A DNA stretch of 63,979 nucleotides, filler included, from Stramenopiles sp. TOSAG23-2 (taxonomy: Eukaryota), in the NCBI GenBank assembly GCA_900128395.1. It is 7 parts of 7 records of this genome, joined end to end, with 100 filler letters (N's around TTAATTAATTAA, not from the genome) between each part and the next. Parts side by side here need not be neighbours in the genome. Positions count along the whole stretch, not along the records: positions 55,269 to 63,979 come from LT650171.1; 6 more parts are not named here. One strand, written 5' to 3'. Of the stretch, positions 55,747 to 63,979 are shown in pieces; positions within the stretch are counted from its first letter, which is position 1, and each line of letters starts with the position of its first letter. The position numbers were made by a program, and so were the translations under genes. The notes beneath the pieces are model-generated. The model saw only the letters and a program-made list of their open reading frames with translations. It was not told the DNA's origin and did no database searches.

Positions 55747-57981
55747 TTCCATTGGTTTTGGCGGTTCATAATTGTTATTATTACTACTAGTTAAAGTATT
55801 ATGTACATACGTCGTTTCTGGTTGTTTTGAATATAATGGCTTTGGTTCATTTGCAGTAGTGTTATTTACATGATTATTATTAATGATAATTTCCTGATTC
55901 CTACCTCCTATAAAGTTTTCTTCTTCTTCTTCCTCTTCTTCCTCTTCACTAGTTGTATCGACATCGGGTTCCACATTTGACAAGTCTAATTTTGGTACAT
56001 TACCTGCATTAACTTTTTTCTCTACGGTGGACACGTTATTATTAATATTGTTTGACATTAGTACACTATTTTCAATTACATCTTGATTGTCACCATCTTC
56101 ATTGCTGACATATTCACTATTATTATCATCATGTTCTACTGTATTTTTTCGAACTATGCCTACTGGTTTTGAAATTTCTGCTAATATTTGATTTGCTTCT
56201 TTCAATTCCGCAGTCGTATCATGTTTTTCTGGATTACTAGATGTTAACTTTTCATATTTTGATACTGATTTTTTATTCCAACTTTTATTATTATATTTAC
56301 TACTAAATTGAGGTCTATCTCGTTTCTTTAATTTTTTCCCATTAATATCATATTCATTCGGTGCAGTTTGCTTATTTTTTTCCCTCCATGCACGAGCTCT
56401 TGCTCTCGAATCTTGTTGTATCTTTTTTTTTATAGCATGTGCACGAGCTCGTTCTTCTCGTTTATGTGGATCAGCACAACCACCACCACGCCATTTATTG
56501 GATTTTTGTTTGTGGTTTTTTTTATTGTTTTTATGATCATTCATTGGTGGCACTGAGTTATTTCTTTTCATTTTTGCATTCATACGTCTTACACCATTAT
56601 TTTGCAAACGTGTTGGTGATGTGCGTGGTGGTTTTGGTAGCGGTTCTAAACGCCTTGACATTTCTTGAGATGATGTTACATTACTTGCAGTGTTTTGGCG
56701 GGGTAAATGATTTGATTCATTGGGATGAAATACATTCGCATTATTGTTTGTACTATAATCACTATTAGTAGAATCACGGCTTGGCAAGGACCCACGGCTT
56801 GGTAATGAACCACGACTTGGTAACGAACCACGACTTGGTAATGAGCCACGGCTACCAACGGTTGATCTACTAATGCCACGTGATAAAGGTTCAACTTGTG
56901 GAGGCAATCCTAACAATTCCCATTTAGCTTCCAATTGCTTTAAACTTACACCAGAACGTTTATTTATATTTTTCATAGCTTTGTCTAAATTAATACCTGT
57001 TGATAAAATAGACATTTTTTTCGGCGATGTAGGTGGTAATCCAGATGGTTTTGAATTTACTGCTGTTGGTATATTTTGTTTTCTTTTATTTGTGACAGTA
57101 AAATTTGGCATTAAACTTCCACTATCATTATTATTGTTATTATTATTATTGTTGTTGTTGCCATTACCATTTTTTGAATTACTACCCCATTTCAATATTG
57201 CACCAACATCTTCTGCTATGTATAATGGTTTTGCTACTTGAATATTATCTGTTGTAGCGGATTCACCTCGTATACGAATAGCACTTGATGCATCATCATG
57301 ATTTTTGCTCTCCTTGATCCTGACATCCTCACGATCGTCGTTTCCACTAAATTCAATATGACTAGTTTGTGTATTTATACCTAGCATATCATGCACATGA
57401 TGGTCATTGTTTAATTTTGGTGCTTGCATTGCATTAAATGCTCTTGTCATATTTTCAAGTATTGAAGAAGATTCATTTTGTGGAATATTTGCAAACTGAT
57501 TTGAATTTTGACTATTGAAATTTTTCTTACTAGTAGTACCATTATTGCCACCATGAATACGTCTGTTCTTCTGACTTTTGCTTTTCGTTCCTTTTTTTTG
57601 TTGGTGTTGTTGTCTTCGATTATTGTTATTCATATCAACATTTTCTGAATTATTATTATTACCACTATTATTATTATTATTATTGTTGCCATTATTGATA
57701 TTGTTCTCTGCTTGATATTCTTTATTTTCAATATTATTGTTGTTTATGTTAGAGCGTTTATTGTGAGAATGTTGACTACTATGACCATATTTAGTACGAC
57801 TATTAATATGTCTTAATTTTGCAGCGCTTTGTCTTGTAACTTTTTTTTGCTTTAATGCACTTTTAACAGATCGCAATCTTGCTAAACGTTTTTTTTCCAA
57901 TTTTTGTGCAAGTGTATCCGTTTTTTCCCATGCTCTTGATTTATTTTGTATATGCAACAGCTCTGTTGATAATCTAGGCAT
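55603..57981 (-). CDS. Hypothetical, largely disordered Asn-rich protein with SRGSLP x4 repeat
   Basis: 792-aa ORF with ATG and host-like codon use. No recognised domain. Confidence 0.7.
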   Translation of the reverse strand: MPRLSTELLHIQNKSRAWEKTDTLAQKLEKKRLARLRSVKSALKQKKVTRQSAAKLRHINSRTKYGHSSQHSHNKRSNINNNNIENKEYQAENNINNGNNNNNNNSGNNNNSENVDMNNNNRRQQHQQKKGTKSKSQKNRRIHGGNNGTTSKKNFNSQNSNQFANIPQNESSSILENMTRAFNAMQAPKLNNDHHVHDMLGINTQTSHIEFSGNDDREDVRIKESKNHDDASSAIRIRGESATTDNIQVAKPLYIAEDVGAILKWGSNSKNGNGNNNNNNNNNNNDSGSLMPNFTVTNKRKQNIPTAVNSKPSGLPPTSPKKMSILSTGINLDKAMKNINKRSGVSLKQLEAKWELLGLPPQVEPLSRGISRSTVGSRGSLPSRGSLPSRGSLPSRGSLPSRDSTNSDYSTNNNANVFHPNESNHLPRQNTASNVTSSQEMSRRLEPLPKPPRTSPTRLQNNGVRRMNAKMKRNNSVPPMNDHKNNKKNHKQKSNKWRGGGCADPHKREERARAHAIKKKIQQDSRARARAWREKNKQTAPNEYDINGKKLKKRDRPQFSSKYNNKSWNKKSVSKYEKLTSSNPEKHDTTAELKEANQILAEISKPVGIVRKNTVEHDDNNSEYVSNEDGDNQDVIENSVLMSNNINNNVSTVEKKVNAGNVPKLDLSNVEPDVDTTSEEEEEEEEEENFIGGRNQEIIINNNHVNNTTANEPKPLYSKQPETTYVHNTLTSSNNNNYEPPKPMENATLSFLSEYSKRALQQAEKALFSPQDFNDVVQQSTSEDDDDEEGLI

Positions 57982-58890
57982 GATATATATATATATATAT
58001 ATAAATTGGATGTTGATAATATATAATATTATATTATATTTTCTAAATTATATATAGTATGATGTATTATAGATGTATAGCGTTATTTAATATATGATAT
58101 TCTCTCCCCTTTTGTTTATATAAGAAAAAGAATATAATCTTTTTGATTAATATATTTGATGTTTTCTATCTTGACGATTATATGTTTATCTACCCATATA
58201 TCGTTTGTATATGCGTTGTTTTTTGGTATTATTTATGTTGTTGCAGTATGAAATTTCATCATCATCATTTTTTACACCACCACATCATCAAAAAAAAAAA
58301 AATAGCTAACGTCTCTCATTTTCAAAGACACCAAGAAAACCAGGATGACCTATCAAATATCGAATAATTTATACTTGAAAGGGAAATTAGAATAATAAAT
58401 ATTAGATTTATTTTGATTTTTGATCTAAAAACAAACGCTAAAATAATTTATACTTGATTTGGAAATTGTCCACAGTCCACAGTATTCACAGTGCTATTAT
58501 ATTTGATTACTGTTATTTAGTATAGGCATAAGTACGAGTTGGATCACGACGGCAAATAAATATGACAACATGATCATATCATTACCTAAACAAAAAAATA
58601 CGCTACGCTCCGATTGAGGTGCGTAGTCGATTTTGCTCGTTAAGGTTTCCTGAGTAATCATTACCATGCTATATTAATGTTAATGTTCCACTCTCACCAC
58701 CACCACCACATTTTTTTTCAATTATTAATAAATGTGCAAATAGAATAAATAATAAATAATAATCCAATAATATTGAATAGAAAGAATCACATTACTTGTC
58801 ATACATAGAATTGAAAGAAGAGAGGGACAAAGAGAACAACAAAACATAATACAAACAATAACACGAACAACCAAAATAAAGAAGAAAAAC

Positions 58891-59029
58891 ATGGCAGATT
58901 CATTACAGAATTTACAAACAAGGGATGCCTTCGACGAGGTGAATAAGGCGGAAGGTATGGGTACCGGTAATAAAGTACATATACGAATGCAAATGCGTAA
59001 TCGACGTAAATGTATATTGACTATTCAAG
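58891..59029 (+). CDS. EIF1: Translation initiation factor eIF1/SUI1 (5' part; remainder in the N gap)
   Basis: DAF...KVHIRMQMRNRRKCILTIQG matches the SUI1 HIRIQQRNGRKTLTTVQG pattern. Confidence 0.85.
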
Positions 59030-59728
59030 NNNNNNNNNNNNNNNNNNNNNNNNNNNNNNNNNNNNNNNNNNNNNNNNNNNNNNNNNNNNNNNNNNNNNNN
59101 NNNNNNNNNNNNNNNNNNNNNNNNNNNNNNNNNNNNNNNNNNNNNNNNNNNNNNNNNNNNNNNNNNNNNNNNNNNNNNNNNNNNNNNNNNNNNNNNNNNN
59201 NNNNNNNNNNNNNNNNNNNNNNNNNNNNNNNNNNNNNNNNNNNNNNNNNNNNNNNNNNNNNNNNNNNNNNNNNNNNNNNNNNNNNNNNNNNNNNNNNNNN
59301 NNNNNNNNNNNNNNNNNNNNNNNNNNNNNNNNNNNNNNNNNNNNNNNNNNNNNNNNNNNNNNNNNNNNNNNNNNNNNNNNNNNNNNNNNNNNNNNNNNNN
59401 NNNNNNNNNNNNNNNNNNNNNNNNNNNNNNNNNNNNNNNNNNNNNNNNNNNNNNNNNNNNNNNNNNNNNNNNNNNNNNNNNNNNNNNNNNNNNNNNNNNN
59501 NNNNNNNNNNNNNNNNNNNNNNNNNNNNNNNNNNNNNNNNNNNNNNNNNNNNNNNNNNNNNNNNNNNNNNNNNNNNNNNNNNNNNNNNNNNNNNNNNNNN
59601 NNNNNNNNNNNNNNNNNNNNNNNNNNNNNNNNNNNNNNNNNNNNNNNNNNNNNNNNNNNNNNNNNNNNNNNNNNNNNNNNNNNNNNNNNNNNNNNNNNNN
59701 NNNNNNNNNNNNNNNNNNNNNNNNNNNN
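59030..59728. other. Scaffold gap, 699 N
   Basis: N run without the linker sequence. Confidence 0.98.
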
Positions 59729-59883
59729 TATAATAAAACCCCCCATTTTATATTACGACGTATATCGGAAAAAGTACAAATTATATATATTAATATTATC
59801 TTTTTATTTTTAGTCTCTCTCCCCTCTCTAACATTGTACTCTCTCCACGCCCCACACCACACGCCAGCAACACCCTAAGTTGT

Positions 59884-61530
59884 TCACAATTTTTTAACAA
59901 TCAACGGAATTTCATTTATCATTTCTGGATAAAAATCTGGTTTTAACATAAATTTATATGTAGAAGGCACTTCAATTTCATAATTTAGTAATACCGAATT
60001 TAAAACAATAATAAATTCAAGTTCTGCTAAAAATCGGCCTTGACATTGCCTTTGTCCATCTAAAAATGGGACAAAAACATTTTTAAATTTCAAATCAGAT
60101 GCTGTACTACGTTGTGATGTATCATCTGCATCGATCCAACGATTTGGATTAAATTCTTCTGGTTTCTTCCAATATTTTGGATGAAAATGTAATGCTTGTA
60201 ATAAAATTTGTATTGGTGTACCTTTTGGTAATATAATAATTTTACCTTTATCTTCTTTATTATTATCGACAAAAACAGTTGTTTCAATATCTTTACCTGT
60301 TTCTCGTAATACACCAAGTGATATAGGATGCATACGTAATGTTTCTTTCCATATTGCCATTGTTATTGGTAAATTTTTTATAGATTCTTTATTTGGAAAT
60401 GTACCTTTAGTTGTACCAAAATTTGATTTTAATTCATTTCTTAATTTATCTTGCCATTTTTTATTTTTCGTTAAGCCTAATTCATACAATGCAAATGTTA
60501 TAATAATAGCAATTGCTTTATGTGCTGCATGTAAATGATTCACTTCATTAAATATATCTTTAATGGAAAATTTAAATTCTATCATACGATCAATCCAATT
60601 TAATGTTTTATTACTATTCCACGGTTTTTTATCACTAACATCGTCGTCGTTGTTACTTTTGGTGCTATCTACTTTGTTATTCTTCCTATTGTTTACAATC
60701 ATTTTCACTGCTTTTTTAATTCTTTGTGCATCCCACCATACCCATCCCAATGCAAATATTAATTTAAATGGATTTTTACCAGCCCAACGAAAACGTGCTT
60801 TTTCATCATATGAATTGATAGCAAAACGTAATTCTTGCCCTTCTTCCTCTAATGGATCGACACCATAACCAGCTGCAAGTACAATCGTCGTCGCTAATTG
60901 ACGAATACTTTTTAATAAATCTTTTTTCACTTCATTTGGCCAACTTTTATGCATAACATGGACAAACGCAGCTTCATTCATAAATGAAGAATATTGATTG
61001 AAATTACTTGCATGAAAAACTGGAATTAATGCACGAGAATGTGTCTTCCAACGTTCTCCATCTTGGAATAAAACTCCATCCAAACCAGGCAAAAATTGCG
61101 CTAAACGATAGCGTTCCGGTCGTTTTATTGTATGAATCTTGTTTAAAAATAATTCTTTTATTAGTGTTGGTTCACACGTTGCAATAATTTTATTAGAACC
61201 TAATGCATCTGCAACATATCCACGACAATGCATAGTAAATGTATTCCCATTTTTTACAGCCATGTTCACAATTGCTTTCTCGCGTATATGTGGCTTATCT
61301 TCAAAATCATCCCAATCAGATGGATCTCCTTTTAAGATATTGTCACATAAATAATCAATTTTAGAGTTTAATACAAGTTTCTCTTTTGTTTTTGCATCAG
61401 GAAATAATAGTTTATAGATAATAATAAGTAAAATTATACAAGTCAAGCAAAGCGAAATAAAACCAACATTTGATAAATTATGATAAAAATGTAATACACT
61501 TTCTTTCATCATGTTTATACCATCAGTCAT
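59884..61530 (-). CDS. Cytochrome P450 (membrane-anchored)
   Basis: N-terminal TM, GERWKTHSR, KETLRMHP (ExxR), PEEFNPNRW, and heme motif FLDGQRQCQG. Confidence 0.92.
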   Translation of the reverse strand: MTDGINMMKESVLHFYHNLSNVGFISLCLTCIILLIIIYKLLFPDAKTKEKLVLNSKIDYLCDNILKGDPSDWDDFEDKPHIREKAIVNMAVKNGNTFTMHCRGYVADALGSNKIIATCEPTLIKELFLNKIHTIKRPERYRLAQFLPGLDGVLFQDGERWKTHSRALIPVFHASNFNQYSSFMNEAAFVHVMHKSWPNEVKKDLLKSIRQLATTIVLAAGYGVDPLEEEGQELRFAINSYDEKARFRWAGKNPFKLIFALGWVWWDAQRIKKAVKMIVNNRKNNKVDSTKSNNDDDVSDKKPWNSNKTLNWIDRMIEFKFSIKDIFNEVNHLHAAHKAIAIIITFALYELGLTKNKKWQDKLRNELKSNFGTTKGTFPNKESIKNLPITMAIWKETLRMHPISLGVLRETGKDIETTVFVDNNKEDKGKIIILPKGTPIQILLQALHFHPKYWKKPEEFNPNRWIDADDTSQRSTASDLKFKNVFVPFLDGQRQCQGRFLAELEFIIVLNSVLLNYEIEVPSTYKFMLKPDFYPEMINEIPLIVKKL

Positions 61531-62050
61531 TGTTATTTTTTCTTCTCTCTTTCTCTCTTACACAGGGAAAAAAAAAACCCAGAGATACTACTACCTCAAT
61601 CTTGATATGTCGATGATGATAATATAATATAGTAATATTGATATTGGATACAATATATTTTGCACAACAACAACAACAACAACAACTTAAACTACTACTT
61701 CATTATAATTAATAATTGTTATTTTTACATCATACAGTAAATTTTAAATTTGTTAATAATAAAATAATAATAATAATATAATAATTTCAATAATAATACC
61801 TTAATCTAGGTCCTAGACTTTTCTAATAATACCTGGTGTAATAATGTGGATTATAATATTACATATTAGGATGGCCAGGATGGCTGATGATGAGAGATGA
61901 GAGGGTGCAAAAAAAAATGATACGGTTTTTGGAAGTTTTAAGTATAAATAATAGTAGTCTAAGATAAATCCAGGGAAGTTCAATTAAATCACTGGCCTTG
62001 GGGTAGTGCGGTAGTAAGGTGCTAAGTTATAAATAATTAATTTTACAATT

Positions 62051-63385
62051 TTAAATAAAATATTTAGCATCTTGATCTTCCTCTTTTGCAGCTTGTAAAC
62101 GTTTACGTAAACGACTCGATTTACTTTTACGCCGTGGTTTGTAATCATTTTCCATATTATTGTTGTTAATATCACCACCACCACCATCATCTTCGTATTC
62201 ATTGTTGTAATGATTGTTGTTGTTGTTATTATTATTATTATTACGATGATGATTATTCTTATTATTGCTCTTTTTTAATCGTAATGATGCTAATCTTGCT
62301 CGACCACTACTACCATTATGTCGACTAGATGGTTCTCGCATTTTAGAATTTTTTTCGTTATTATTACTACTATTTAAATATGTATCTTCTAACTTTGCAG
62401 ACATTTTTCTTAATTCATTTAATGTCGGTTCTTCTGTTTCATCATCTTCTCGTTGTTGTTTAAACATTTTAGAAGTTGCTTCAATTTTCATTGTATTTGT
62501 ATGTTCTTCTTCTAATTTTATATTTAAATAATCAATATCAGCTAATAAATCTTTATATTCATCTTCAAATAAAATTTTAATATCTGATATAACTTGATCG
62601 ATATCAAATACATTCAAAAATCCTTCCACTTTTTCTAATATACCTATAGGTACAGAACGCGAAGATTGAGCGGCTGTACTTGGACGTGATGAATTAATCA
62701 ATGTCGATGTTGATGATGTTGTAGACAAGGAATTGGTATTATTATTATTATCATTATCTTTTTTTGTCAAATTGGACATATCAATTTTGATTTTTGGTGA
62801 TGGATCTCGTTTTTTTTTACTACTATTTCTACTACTTTCTCCTCCTCCACTTCCGATGTCTTTACTGTAAGAAGATGGTGGAGTATTTGGTGGACGCGTT
62901 GGCATGCGAAATTTACTTGGTGAACTAGTTGGTCGTTTACGTGTAATATGCTCTGGTAATACACTTTTTAATATAGCACGTTCTCTTGGCGTACTTGCAA
63001 TTGTTTCTACGATATCATCTTCATCGTTTTTATTATTATTATCATTATTGACTTTCAATAAATTTAAATTACTAATAAAGAATTTAATTTGATCTTTCAC
63101 TATTTTTTTTTCTGGTGCTAATAAAGATGATTTTTCTTTTGCTCTTTTTTGTTGCTCATATATATGTTTTTCATTTAATTCATAACTATATTTTTCATTA
63201 TTTGTATTATGCAATTCATATATTATTGATAATAACGATTCGACTTCTTGATGTGCAATATCATTTCGTATTAACATATTTTCCCCTAATATAGTACGGA
63301 CTTCATTTTCCTCTTGTGGTTTTAAAAATTCTTTAATTTGTTTCCATATAGGATAACGTGGTTGAAATGAAAAAATGGACGTCAT
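62051..63385 (-). CDS. CCDC24-like coiled-coil protein
   Basis: IWKQIKEFLKPQEENEVRTILG...EVESLLSII, IVKDQIKFFISNL, and LNVFDIDQV...EYKDLLADIDYL. Confidence 0.6.
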   Translation of the reverse strand: MTSIFSFQPRYPIWKQIKEFLKPQEENEVRTILGENMLIRNDIAHQEVESLLSIIYELHNTNNEKYSYELNEKHIYEQQKRAKEKSSLLAPEKKIVKDQIKFFISNLNLLKVNNDNNNKNDEDDIVETIASTPRERAILKSVLPEHITRKRPTSSPSKFRMPTRPPNTPPSSYSKDIGSGGGESSRNSSKKKRDPSPKIKIDMSNLTKKDNDNNNNTNSLSTTSSTSTLINSSRPSTAAQSSRSVPIGILEKVEGFLNVFDIDQVISDIKILFEDEYKDLLADIDYLNIKLEEEHTNTMKIEATSKMFKQQREDDETEEPTLNELRKMSAKLEDTYLNSSNNNEKNSKMREPSSRHNGSSGRARLASLRLKKSNNKNNHHRNNNNNNNNNNHYNNEYEDDGGGGDINNNNMENDYKPRRKSKSSRLRKRLQAAKEEDQDAKYFI

Positions 63386-63979
63386 TCTTCTTCTGTTTTT
63401 GTTGTTGTTGTGAAAAAGTTTACTAAGTATTGACTATATTTAAAAAGGTTTTCCAAAAAATATAATTAATATTATATTAAATATATATATATATACAAAG
63501 AGAGAATGAATTGTATGTCGCTTTAAATATATAAAATATATATATAAACACACACACACACAAATATTAATATAACAATATTAACAATATATATATATAT
63601 ATATATTGTTCACATTATTGTTTTTCTGTTTGTACATTTGTTCTTTTTGTTGTTTTGTTTACTCTAAGTAATTAAAAAAACAGTTTTCGTGTAACAAACG
63701 GTCGACCCTTCGAAATCAGAGAGAATTCTCATTCTGTCGAAATCTCGAAATTGAAAATAACCTTAATATTCACCGATTTTATATCTTGAATCGAAATTCA
63801 CCTACAATCACCTATGGTCCACCCAGATGAAAATAGTAATGAAGGTATAAATACAAGTCAGTCGTTCACAGCCTTTTCTCTATGTCACACGATTACTGCA
63901 GCAAAGTATCTTTTGAAATTTAATCAATTTATATTATAAGACAAGTTGATATTCTTTACGGAGTTTATCAACTTAACCA

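Noticed and set aside
58912..59862. Long X-filled ORFs
   Set aside because: They are artefacts of translating through the N gap; only the eIF1 5' part is real.

Overview
AT-rich eukaryotic (protist) DNA, not one locus. Seven unrelated contigs of about 9 kb, sorted by decreasing length, are joined by artificial 100-nt N/TTAATTAATTAA/N linkers, and there is one real 699-N gap. Gene content and the CGGGKCG-type thioredoxin reductase suggest a stramenopile/SAR-like microbial eukaryote (inference). Contig 1 (1-9148) is a single unbroken minus-strand frame of more than 3,000 aa that the ORF track missed: a giant Cys-repeat protein with lectin/adhesion-type domains inserted at the same site in successive repeats. 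Contigs 2, 3, 5, 6 and 7 carry mostly housekeeping genes: YME1/FtsH, ACOT13-like, AKR, vanin, AMBRA1-like, a two-exon RRP5, eIF3b, TrxR, GH10, COQ11-like, PINX1, eIF1, a P450 and CCDC24-like. Contig 4 (27699-36810) is the unusual one. A 147-bp-arm palindrome separates a secreted Cys-rich GP...APTP peptide gene from a divergent signal-TM-ankyrin-ubiquitin(GG)-TM-SpoVK/CbxX AAA+ polyprotein. Further on, a frameshifted giant-virus-like gene runs in frame into an SF1 helicase lacking Walker A. All family calls are from motif recognition; no searches were run.
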